DNA from: Octopus bimaculoides
Taxonomy: Eukaryota
DNA length: 64,000 bases
Direction: 5' to 3'
Assembly (NCBI RefSeq): GCF_001194135.2
Contig: NC_068999.1
Span: 40,766,679-40,830,678 of the forward strand
The notes beneath the pieces were generated by a model. It did not search any database and was not told the origin of the DNA. It saw only the letters and a program-made list of their open reading frames with translations. Positions within the stretch are counted from its first letter, which is position 1. Each line of letters starts with the position of its first letter. Both the position numbers and the translations under genes were made by a program. Of this stretch, positions 42,301 through 54,503 are shown piece by piece.

Positions 42301-43797
42301 ATTTTTGTGATTAAGTGAATTTAATTTATATCCTGGAGAAATCTGAAAGCTTGGCTCACGATCATAAAATAGGAGCGGAGATATCTCCTCTTCCTCATTC
42401 TCCATCAAACGTTTTTAATTATTTATTTATATATTTTTCCACTGGTTCTGTTCTCATGATTTTGTTTTTTTTCTTTTTACTTGATTTCAGTGAATCTGCT
42501 TCGCTCTTGAATCTCCGTTCGGTTCCCATCCTCATATATTGACGAGGTGATGCTGTTATATCGGACTTGTATGCCGGTGTTGTGATCGCATTTCTTTGGT
42601 TTCACCCCTTTATGGCTGGTAGAGCGATGTTGATGCCCCGTGGTTTACTCCTGATAATAGAAACAGGATAATATTACTTACCAATTCGCAAGTTGCTCTT
42701 GCTTGTAGCAAAGGGCTGACAAGCTCCATGATTTGTTCTTGTTAGTTTCCGTCCTTAGACTTTCTGCTCAAAAAGTTCTTAAATGGATTTTTCTCATACA
42801 TATGTTGAAGCTGCGTCGTTTACCTCGAACAATGTATGCTGTAAAGTCTTTCTCACCGTACATCTCCTGGACCCAGTTATGGGATTGTGTAGTTACCTTG
42901 TGCAGTCGTATGGCTTAGTATATCTATTGTTAATCCAATCAGACCGCTTATCAACAAATACTAATCTTACACTGATCGTCTGCCTATGTTCTGATCGAAG
43001 GTTACTACCAGCCAGAGGTTTACATCGTCGACGATGTCCTTGACGGTGAATCTTGTGACCGGCTTATAGACACGTGTATCACATGATTTGCACCTGTGAT
43101 TGTCACACTGCTCTCGTTTTAACGATAACTGGTCTGGTGTGGAATGGCCTCCCATTACCAATGGCTTTCACTTAAAACTCTGTTAGGGATATCTATAACT
43201 CTTGCCTGAGTTGAACAAGAAAGTATACTGTCTCTTTGACAAGGGACAGTTAAATTACTTTCTTTCTCTCCGATGGATTGTCTTGTGTACAAAAAGCCGA
43301 CAAAATGTTGCATATAAATGTTTTCATTTGAAGAAAGGATAGCGCTCCTTTTCCATATTTAAATTTGCCTTAACGTGGGAAAATATATAAAGTTGTTAAG
43401 ATTTCCGCTCGGCATAATGTTAAAATGAATGCATTTCTTTTCATTTCAAGGAGTCTATTTATATTTTGTGCTGTAATTTAAAATAATCCTCTTTATTGTT
43501 TTCTCTGTGTGAATGTGCTATTTTAGCACATTTTTCAGTTTTATTCTTGTTGTCGCAACCTCGAATATTTATATTTTCATGTGGAGGTGTTGCTAAAGAG
43601 CTCATTTCTCTTTTTGCTTTGTTTCTATCAATTTTTTTAACCCTTGTAAGGGGAGACTCCAAACATTAGAAAGTTATCTTTACAATAGATGGGTCTTTTA
43701 CAGAAAGAACTCTGATTCAACCGATGAAATCTATTTTCTTCGGAGACGAGTTGAAATAACTATCACATTTGTCCACAGCAAATGATGATGATGATAA

Positions 43798-44022
43798 CGA
43801 TTTCAAATTGCTGGCACAAGGCCCACAATTTAGAGGGTAAGTCCATTACGTCGACCCCAATGTTCAACTGGCACTAATTTTATTAAAGCCGAAAGGATGA
43901 AAGGCAAAATCGACCCCGGCGGAATTTGAACTCAGAACGTAGTGACGGGCGAAGTGCCGCTATTTGATTGGTACTTCATTTATCGACTCCGAACGGATGA
44001 AAGGCAAAGTCTGCCGCAGCGA
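43798..44022 (-). mobile_element. Two headless SINE family A pieces (43798-43962, 43963-44022)
   Basis: CCGAAAGGATGAAAGGCAAAATCGACCCCGGCGGAATTTGAACTCAGAACGTA and TATCGACTCCGAACGGATGAAAGGCAAAGT. Confidence 0.9.
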
Positions 44023-44060
44023 AATAATAATAATAATAATAATAATTGCTGTTGTTGTTA

Positions 44061-44683
44061 AGGCGGCGAGCTGGCAGAATCGTTAGCACGCCGGGCGAAA
44101 TGCTTAGCGGTATTTCGTCTGCCGTTACGTTCTGAGTTCAAATTCCGCCGAGGTCGACTTTGCCTTTCATCCTTTCGGGGTCGATAAATTAAGTACCAAT
44201 TACGCACTGGGGTCGATGTAATTGACTTAATCCGTTCGTCTGTTCTTGTTTGTTCCCTCTATGTTTAGCCCCTTGTGGGCAATAACGAAATAGGTATTTT
44301 GTCTGTTGCTACGTTCTGAGTTCAAATTCCGCCCAGGTTGACTTTGCCTTTTATCCTTTCAGGGTCGATAAATTAAGTACCAGTGAAACACTGGAGCTGA
44401 TGTAATCGACTATAACCACCCTCCCCCAAATTTCAGGCCTTGTGCCTATAGTAGAAAGGATTATTAAGGCGGTGAGCTGGCAGAATCGTTAGCACGCCGG
44501 GAGAAATGCTTAGCGGTATTTCGTCCGTCCTTCTATTTTGAGTTCAGATTCCACTGAGGTTGACTTTACTTTTCATCCCTTCGGGATCGATAAATTAAGT
44601 ACCAGTGAAATACTCGGTTCGATGTAATCGACTTAATCCCTTCCTCCAAACTTGAGGCCTTGTGCTTCCAGTAGAAAGAATTA
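44061..44683 (+). mobile_element. Head-to-tail array of three SINE family A units (44061-44292 long tail; 44293-44464 headless short tail; 44467-44683 short tail)
   Basis: The core ...GAGTTCA(A/G)ATTCC...GACTTT..CTTTT/CATCC..TC..GG.TCGATAAATTAAGTACCA occurs three times. Confidence 0.95.
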
Positions 44684-46234
44684 TTATTGTATGTAACTTC
44701 GTCGAGAAGCAGCCAATAACATCTCAATTCTAATACTGTTTGAATTATTCAGCTCCGAAGCATCTTCCGTTTCAACCCCACCCTCCGCTCTTCCTTTTCC
44801 GGAATTCATTGTCACAGTTATATTTCGATGATTCTATTTTTCTGTTTTCTGATAAAAACATGTTCGCCATTTATAATTTCCCTATCAATGAATACATTTT
44901 ACTCTCCCCTTTTATCTTTTCCTCCTTCTTCTCCCCTTTTGGTATTCCTTTTCCTTATACGGTTGTCATTATTAACGCTATTTTTTTGTGTCTCTTTATC
45001 CTTCTTCTTGCAGATCCTTTTTCCCTATATCCTTCCTGCTTTTCTCCTCCGTACCACCGTACCATTTCTTGCCAGCTAATATTATATCCGCTCATTTTTT
45101 TTCTTTTACCGACTGTGTTGCTTGTTTTTGTTTTTTTCTTTTTTACTTTCGTGTTTTCGTGCGTTGCGTATATTTATTTATTGATTTACATTTTTATTCA
45201 TTTTAATATATATTTCGGTGTGGTAGTTTGCAAAATTTTTTCTTCGAAAATCCATCTTCGCTAATTTTTCTTTCCAGTTTCTTTTTTTTTTCCTTTTCAA
45301 GGTGTTATTTTATTTAATTATTTATCAGTTTTTGGTGTCACATCAATATTTCCTTTCAATATGGCGGATGCTTCGGCAAAGGGTTGCAAGGCGAACAGAT
45401 AAAATATCGCAGGAGAATAACTATTAAAATAAATACATCTGCAGAGAGATATTTTAATGACAGAAAGAGTAGTGGAATACTAGAAGGCATGTGGGTTAAT
45501 ATATCAGCTGGAATGACAGAAAAAGCAGACGATTGTTCAAAAATATGCTTCACGTTATTCTGTTCATTCTACCCTTACTTACTGTAGTCGAGTTGTATAC
45601 CATAAGGTGTGAATTTCCCATTTTTTCATTATCTGATAACATTTCAAGTGTTTACAGCACATCTTCCTAAAAATGTGATTTTTTCTTAAGGTAACAAGTT
45701 ATTATTTTAAGTAATTCTTTACTGTTCATTGATGTCTGGTAACAATAAAAAGCATCCCAGAACATTTCACGTTAACCCCATACTCCATTCGCACTCTGCT
45801 GGAATTCATTGTCTGAGTCTCATTTTGGACTTCTGTATTTCTTGTATAGCTTATTCTGCTCTCAGAGTCTTCCCCAACTATAGAAGAATATTTTTTTGTT
45901 CTCCTTATCCACCGCCCTGGACTCTTTTAGCTCATTTATCGACATCGATAGAATAAAAGGCATGAGTGACTGCGAAGAAATTTCACGACAAAGCCGAGAC
46001 ATTCGAAAAAAAAAAATGAACGTTGTTATTCGATTTGTTGATCTCGAAGACTCTATCAGTTAACCGCCTTTTGGTTGTTTACGAAAATTGTCTTTTTTTG
46101 ATCATTCCAAAAATACTTCGTTAAATCTTTCAAAGAACATGTTTTAACTCTGTTAAAACGGGATTAACTTAATGTTTCCATATTAATAACGTCTATTTAT
46201 TTATATTTAAAATAATATTCCTGTTTCTTTGTTT

Positions 46235-46415
46235 GTATGTATGTATGTATGTTCACACACACGATGAGCTTCCATACAATGGAGAATTTACTCACAAGGT
46301 ACCAGTCAGCTTGAAGCTACAAAAGACACTTGCCCAAGGCACAGCAGAGTAGCACTGAACGGAAAACCATGTGTTTGTATAGCTAGTTTCGTACCCTCGC
46401 AGCCATGCCTCTTTG
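46235..46415 (-). mobile_element. SINE family B, 5' half
   Basis: GACACTTGCCCAAGG...CACTGAACGGAAAACCATGTG...CAGCCATGCC, with a (TATG)n remnant on its 3' side. Confidence 0.75.
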
Positions 46416-47059
46416 TGTGTGTGTGTAAACGCATATACACTTGCACTTCCTTTATTATTACGGGAAATTCCATATAGGATATGCATCACAGAGGATGTCT
46501 TTAAACAAAAAAACATACCGAACGAAGAGTTATCCATCATACTTTCTAGTGACACCACACAAAATATTAGCCATTGGCAAGCAGACAGTTTCTTTATTCA
46601 TCCACAAGATATTGATTTATTGTTAACAGTTTGAATTCATTAAAAACGTTAACATTAACTTCCTTATTTCCTTAAGGTTAATTTGTCATCAATCCACGTG
46701 AGATGCTCCATTGATTACTTCTTGCTCAAGGTGCAGCTTATGAGTTGCAGTAGATCGAAACAGTCAATTTTTCGGTGATTTCCCTCTGGTTCACTACAAT
46801 CTTATCGAAATGATATTACCCAATTTACGAAAACTTCTGGATTTTTTTTCTACATTATTTGTTTTATTTATATATTTATATTTTGTACAAATGAGATGCT
46901 TTGGCTTTATTTGCTACAACACTAGAATAATAGGAATAAGCAAAGCCCTGGATTGTCGTTCACCGAATCATATTAAATAGTGAGATGCGAAATGTTTCGG
47001 CCTCTACAATAACTCAGTTCCCATATCTCCAAACACATACACAGATGGACGTTTGTGTT

Positions 47060-47370
47060 AAATAACTTTGTGTATGGGTGTGCGTGTGTGCATATGTAGA
47101 TACATATGTGTGTGTATGTGTTTATATGTGTGTGTATGTTTATATGTGTGTGTATGTGTTTATATGTGTGTATGTATATGTATACGTGTATGTATGTATG
47201 TATGTATGTGTGTATGTAATATGTGTATGTATATATATCAGTGCGTGTATGTACGTATATTGTGTGTTTGTATGTATATGTATATATTAGTGTGCGTGTC
47301 TGTATGTATGAGTATATGTATGTATGTATGTGCATATAGATATGAGTGTGTGTGTACACATACATACATG
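47060..47370. repeat. Mixed (TG)/(TATG) tract
   Basis: Directly visible. Confidence 0.9.
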
Positions 47371-50300
47371 CGCGAACTATTACTCCATATGTGCATTAAT
47401 ACCGAAACATATATTAATCGGATAAAAACGTGAAGGAAAGAGAATACCTCCGCACACACGTATCTATTGACACCCGGGTACGCTCACTGCTTCTAACTCT
47501 GTCAATCTCTCTCCCTTATGAACACACATTAATATCATCCTATATATAAAAAGGGTTTAGGAGGAAACTAAAGGATTACTCAATCATTGTTACTATAGTA
47601 CATCTTTCATACACTTTGATTTCTACAATCTTTTCCTTGCAATACTCACACACACACACACACACACGCTTATGGATTGTTTACAAATTTCGTTATTCAC
47701 AATTCCTTTTTTACGTTCAAGTTAATCTGTCTATTTGTATCCAACTTGTTATAATTAGGAGGATTATAGGATTCCATCCCGTTTTAATGAATTTAATGCA
47801 TTAATACCTGTGATTCTAGATAATCTCTTTTTCTTTTTTTGGGGGGGTTTTTCAGAAGACGGAATGGTCATTACTGGAACGGTGTATAGACATTAACAAA
47901 AGTTAAACAAGAAGAGACAACAGCATAGTGAATATTCTAGGACGATTGCGTGAACAGAAAATGCCAATATGTACCGAGTAGCCTAGTTCGAAATCAAAAT
48001 GAAGTCGGTGTCTTGGGGGAAAACAAATCTTGTTTCATTAGTTCTTTCGCAACAATTAATCGCCATATCTTAGATAAACGTAATCACGAGTTCTTAAAAA
48101 TTTAAATAATGAATGATTTTGTTCAAAAGAATATTGCGATATACAAATCAGAATGTCATTGTTTCTGTTTTATTTCAAAAATTACCAGCGGGCAGACAAC
48201 GAGGAGAGAAATAATTCGTAAAAATTCAGTCGGTATTTTGTGTGTCACTGCATTTGTTTCACTTCCGTGATCTCTGCATATCTTACACTATAACATCCAC
48301 TGTCTCCATCAATCTGCCCTAGTATATTTGTGCACAGATTAAGGTATCACCAAATGTTCATTAAAACCATCAAATCCTAGCTTTGTACCAAAAGCTAATA
48401 TAAATTTTCTTGATCACATTCACACTTGGAGACATAGAAACATACTAAACACTCTCTTGAAACTGTAATCTAAACAAACGGCTTTCATTATTTTCTCTAG
48501 TAATAGGAGTGTCCTTTCCATTATCTTATTTTGTTTTCAGCTATTTTAGTGAGTTTTTAATTAGTGAAGCCTAAATGTACGGAACCAATTTTCAATATAT
48601 TTACATAGAATAACACAATTATTGCATTATCATTCTTGTTGTTATTGTTAATATTGTTATTAGTTGAAAATTATTCTCGATATTAATATCTTGTTTGTTA
48701 TTTTCTTTGTTTTTTTTTGTTATAATTTATTTCACTATACTTATTTATTTTTATTTATTTCAGTATGTTTATATATTTCTCGTTCATTTTCCATTTCGTA
48801 TTTTTATTGTTTTTTTTTTCTTTTTTTTAAAGAAATCTTTCTTATCATGTTTCTTAATATTTTTATATCTTATTGTGCTTTTCGTATTTTGATATTTTTC
48901 GTAATTGTTACAGTAGTTGTGGTTGCTCTTATCTTCTTTATTATTTTTATTAATTATCATCAATAAATTTTTTCCTCTTTGTAATTGCACCAAGGAAATG
49001 CAGGAATAATAGCAATTATTGTGTTGTTGTTCTTGTTAATGTTGTTGCTTTGGGTGGGAGTGATCGAGAGAAGGGGTGAAATATTTTTATGTGGTGGTAG
49101 AGTGAGGTTTGTCAGGTGGTGGCGTCGGACACAGAAATATTAGATGAAACCCGGACCAATATGGTCGCGATGAACAGCATTCAAACCGTGACCTCTTCGT
49201 TTTAATATCAGCTGTCCCTGGCCTTACATTTTCTAATGTGTTCTATATTTTATGAATAGTGGACTCTGATTTAAGTGTAGATTATGTTTGAGGGAGTCGT
49301 TGATTTCGTTGCAGCGACGGCAGTAAAAGCTGTTGTGGATGTACTGGCGATTGCTGGTGATAGTAGTAGGAAGCAGTGATACGGGTAGTAGTGTTTAACC
49401 GTTACTTGTGTTACAACTCAATTTACGTTGCAACAGAAAACGTGAACTGAGATAAAATATTTTACTAATCGAAAGTAAATCAATTAATATTTTCCTGTCA
49501 TAATTAAGAAGTTGAGAAAACGTAAAACCTTAATTAGAAATGGAAATGTGGATGCAGTTACCAGGGAGGAAATTAAAATAAAACAAAACTAGAAAAACGA
49601 AAACATATCTTGTAATATTGATTTATTTTCATTTGGCATGGGTCCCCTATATAGAAGCATGAAAACATGACATCCAGGCGTTTCCAAAACAAACAAAACA
49701 AAAGTAATAATGTGGTTAAATTGAGAGAAATTCGAATGCTTTCAATGAAAAGGGAGAGCAAAATATAAAGCTATGAATAAAATAATCATCATTTTTAAAC
49801 TTGGCTCTAATGCCCTATATAGAATTAGGAATTGCTGATTCCGTGATTGTTTTTCTAAAGAGATTAGTAAGATAGTTAAACGGTAATGCTTTCAAATGGA
49901 TGGAACCCCGAGGAACAAAGACAAGAGAAAGAAAACTATCATTTTCAACAATATAGGCGAGAACAAATGGCACCAGGAATATTCTGCAAACCAAATACAG
50001 ATATTGTGAGTCTCTAGTAATACATTGGGTTGCGAAAGTTCGATTAACCAAGATTATTTATACAATTATTAAATAAATGTTCGTTAGTGGGTTTGAAATC
50101 TCAAAATAACGAGTGGTAACACCCTAAGGTCTATTAGTAAAAACTTTTGAAAACTATATATTATGCAGTTTGAGAGTGGTTCATGTATTTGAAACCAACT
50201 GGTGACTGCAAAAGACATATTTCGGTTTTGCTTGACCTTGTCAGCGAGGCATATTCTACTCAGATATCAACAGTAAAAGAAATCTATATAGAAACTCTAG

Positions 50301-51181
50301 ATCCACATCAACGCTATCTCATTGCTTGCTATTTTCACATTTTAGTCTTCCAAAATGTAATCAAGTCTTATCTTGATAGCTGTTTCACATAATCGATGGC
50401 CAATGCTCTAGCTATGCATATTAGGTAATTAAGCGAAATAAGATTTTAGGTGTATGAACAAGCATGCATTTTGAAAGATCAGTGGTGCAAAGTCACTGTA
50501 CCTGTTCATACCCCTACAATGTGACTGGACTTCATTACAAGTTATTCATGGTTATAGCAGCAGTTATCGATTATCTGAAACAACTGTAAGCATAATAGTT
50601 GAATACATAATATAAATGCGTCCACGACTTTCCAAATAAATACGTTCCTTATGCTTATTGTTTGTCTGTCTTATTGCCCTCTCTGTCTGTCGTACTCTCT
50701 CTCTTTCACTCTGTCTCGCTCTCTGTCTTTCTCTCTCTCTCTCTCTGCTATTTTTCCAGCTCTAGCTTAGTTAGTGAACATTGTTTCCGCTTACTTTGTC
50801 ACGACTGCTGTTGTTGTTGCTGTTCAGAATTTTATTTGTGAACCACGTACAACAGTAGTATTATCCATACAATAAATCGTTATCCGTTTGCACATATTTC
50901 CTACAGTTTTACAATATATGATTTCAGAGTTAACCTCTTAAATAAGAATTTATTTGTATTCATCGATAGCGCATCTACAACTTCATTGACATTAAGTACA
51001 CGCCGGTTTGTCACAGAGCCGGGGGCTGAGAAGTGTAGGAAGAGATACTTTGGGAAAATAGCTCACAATTGACAAACGGCATTAGTAAAGGAGATGGACA
51101 AGTAATCCCCTCATTATCTCTTCTCACACAACTGAGTCCATTTATACACCGTCTCCCAACACTACGACTACGTATTCTAAG

Positions 51182-51219
<38 letters not shown>

Positions 51220-51938
51220 GCGTGCGTGCGTGTGCGCATGTGTATGTGTGTGCGTAATATATATATATATATATATATAGACTTATATATTTTACCCTCT
51301 TGGGAATACACAGCAGCCACAATAGTTAGGCGTCGTCATGGAAACCATTATTGTTGCAATAATTCTAAATCTAAATCTCTGTATTTGACAAGACGTCACG
51401 TGATATTTTTAGAAAAATAAAAACTAGTTCCAAGATTGGTCTTCGAAAGAGTATTGGTTGTCGTTAGCTTTATTTTTATATTTTAATTTCGGTTCTTATT
51501 ATTTGTGTTTTTAGAGTTGTTGATTTTGTTATTGTAGTTTTCTTCTTCCTGTTGTTTGTGTTGTTGCTTTAGATGCTGCAGCTATGTTTTTTTTTTCATT
51601 TCTTTTGTTTTCTATCTTAGTTTTTACTTCATTATTATTTTCTCATCTGACAATTACAAACAAACGTTAATAAAAAAAGAGAGAGAGAAATAATGCACCT
51701 CATACTGCTAACATTCTCTCCAACTGTTTCTTTCACATTCATCTTCTCTCTCTCTCGGTCTCTATCACTCTATTATCTTCTCTCTCGCTCTCCCTCTCTC
51801 TGTACACTATATACGTCACATCTCTACTCTTTTTCTCTCTTTGCATGTAAATGTATGTGTGTGCACAGACTTACATACACAGGTTCAGACACACACACAC
51901 ACATACACGATTCGACACAGTCATGCGTCCACATTCGC

Positions 51939-51973
<35 letters not shown>

Positions 51974-52329
51974 ATATAATGCACACGCATTTAGCTCTTT
52001 AGTTTCTTTTAAATTTAATTAGACTAATTACAGTGAAATAAGACACTTGACTCCTTTGAGATTTTGTGGAACATTATTGCGAAAGCTTCAGAATACATGA
52101 AAATAGAAGAAAGCGAATCGGAGACTATGAAGATTCTGTCTACGGGTAATAAATTTTGAGCATTGATAGTGTATATATAGTGTGTGCGTATGAATGATAT
52201 AAGAATCTGCAGGATCGTTGGAAAGGAGGAGGAATGTTATATCCCGATGGATATAACTTGAACAGTAGAGTTGCAACCGAAGAAACAATAGAACGATAAA
52301 CCCTGAATGTTACTGTCTCGTGTTGTAGA

Positions 52330-52480
52330 TCTCGTAGCACTAGTTACCCGGTTCCCGTGCCGTATATGTACCCGAGATCAAGTCTTCTTCTCTTAACGGG
52401 ATGCCATTTTGTTGCAGGATCACTCATTTACAGCTGCGTGGGCTGGACAAACTTGAAATGAAGCGTTTTGCAAGTACATC
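52330..52480 (-). mobile_element. SINE family C, 3' part
   Basis: The reverse complement reads CCAGCCCACGCAGCTGTAAATGAG...GGCATCCCGTT. Confidence 0.55.
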
Positions 52481-52504
52481 AGGTCTGGGAATCGCGAGAA
52501 GATA

Positions 52505-52730
52505 TTTATTTCTGTATTTCCCACAGGGGGCTAAATACGGAGGGGACAAACAAGTACAGACAAAGGGATTCAGTCGATTACATCGACCCAAGTGCCTAAC
52601 TGGTACTTATTTAATCGACCCCGAAAGGATAAAAAGCAAAGTCTACCTCGGCGGAATTTGAACTCGGAACCTTGAGACGAACGAAATATCGCTAAGCATT
52701 TCACCCGGCGTGCTGACGTTTCCGTCAGTG
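52505..52730 (-). mobile_element. SINE family A, long-tail subtype
   Basis: The reverse complement of the core is present. The tail TTTAGCCCCCTGTGGGAAATACAGAAATA matches 44263-44291. Confidence 0.9.
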
Positions 52731-53057
52731 AATTATCGTATAAACGGTTGGACATCACATCCATAAGTGAGGCGTTGACGTTATTCTATGGTGGAATCCG
52801 CCTGACAAAGAATATGACACGGCAGGAATACTGAAATAGCAACTTAAAATAGTTGCGGCAGTTCTTCGTCTACTCACTTTCACTGACAAAGTTTGGATTC
52901 ATGCGAAGCGTTGACTAAAAGACACTTGCTCAAGATGCCAAGCAAGTGCACCAACATCGGTTGCTCATTTTGGAAGGCTGCTATAAAGTGTGATAGTCCT
53001 GCTTCCTGCAAAATCTTGTATATTATGTTAACTGTTCCCCTTCTTTTTCTTTTTGTC

Positions 53058-53381
53058 ATCTTTTACTTACTTCAGCCACATGACTGCAGCCATGCTGGGG
53101 TGCCGAATTGTAGGTTTTTTTTATTTAATGGGACAAATATACCTATTTTACAGGGATGTAAAGAAACCAACACCGGCTGTCAAGCGTTGGGTGTGGGACA
53201 AAAACAATACGCATGTACTTACATATGAGAGCGATAAACTTCCACACAGTTTCCGTTTCCCAAATACACTTACAAGGTATTGTTCGCGGATATTGTAGAA
53301 GCCACTTACCTAGGGTGCGTGCAGTGAGGCTGAACGCAAAACCACATGGTCGCAAAGCGAGTTTCTTAGCCGCACAGTCAT
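53058..53381 (-). mobile_element. SINE family B, full length
   Basis: GACTGCAGCCATGCTGGGGTGCC...CAACACCGGCTGTCAAG...CTTCCACACAGTTTCCG...CACTTACCTAGG...ACCACATGG. Confidence 0.85.
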
Positions 53382-53901
53382 CGTTGTGCTCTTGCATATT
53401 AAAAGAAAACATGTTAGTGTGTTCATTTACCCACAAAACTCAGGTATCCAGAGCGAGTTAGTTGCATGATGTTTATAAGTAAAAATGTGTTCTCATGAAC
53501 TGAATACAGGAGTTGTAGCGTGCAAGCAGGTTGAAATTAAATAAACCTCCCTCATAAATTTCTTTATGTATATATATATTTTTGTTACGTGTTTTATTTT
53601 TTTTATTTTATTTAATAAGAGCCGATCCCCAGCTCAGAAACGATTCTTTTTAATTGGATATTAGACAAAAACCAATTAGGTTGTCATGTTTGTGTATGTA
53701 TGTATAAATTTAATTTGTTTTAGTGTTCCAAATCGGTCACTAACAAAGAGATGACGCCTTTCTAAAGATATGAAAATAAGTGAGTTACTGTGTGCATTTA
53801 TGTAGTTGTGACTATTCCTTTCTTACGTGTATGAGTGTGTATGTCTAATTCAAGCATGTGTGTATGTGTGTATGTTTTCTTTTAACTGAGTGGTACATAT
53901 G

Positions 53902-54116
53902 CGGAGGCTTGACTGTGTGGTATGAAGATTGGTTCCCAACCACATGGCTCTGCGTTCTGTTACACTGGGTGGCATCTTCGGCAAGAGACTTCTATAGTCT
54001 CGGGGCCGACCAAAGCTCTGAGAGTGGAATTGGTAGGTGGAAACTGAAAGAAGCCCGCCGGAAACTGAAAGAAGCATTTTCTTTTGGATCTAATCAATGT
54101 CATAATTCTATGTGAA

Positions 54117-54156
<40 letters not shown>

Positions 54157-54503
54157 NNNNNNNNNNNNNNNNNNNNNNNNNNNNNNNNNNNNNNNNNNNN
54201 NNNNNNNNNNNNNNNNNNNNNNNNNNNNNNNNNNNNNNNNNNNNNNNNNNNNGTGCATATATGTATGCACATGTACTTATGTGTGTGTGTGTGTGTGTGT
54301 GTGTGTCAGTGTCTTTCTGTTTGTCCCCCACCACCGTTAGACAGTTTTGGTTTGTTTACATCATCGTAACATAGCGGTACGACATAAGAGACCGATAGAA
54401 TTAGTACTGAAAGTACTAGGGTTTAATTTATTGGACTAAAACTTCAATCCGGTGCCCCAGCATGGCTACAATCAAATGACTGAAACGAGTAAGAGATTAA
54501 AAA
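53902..54503 (+). mobile_element. SINE family B, full length, with internal (TA)n / gap 54157-54252 / (TG)n
   Basis: Head, GGCATCTTCGGCAAG, a 16-bp tandem duplication GGAAACTGAAAGAAGC (54039-54054, 54060-54075), the microsatellite, then a tail GGTGCCCCAGCATGGC...TGACTGAAAC. Confidence 0.9.

Noticed and set aside
49886-50392. Purine-rich ATG frames ending at GTGAGT (50006), and ISVLLDLVSEAYST resembling RT LLDLSxAFD
   Set aside because: Two frames are open because of base composition, and the RT similarity is too weak.
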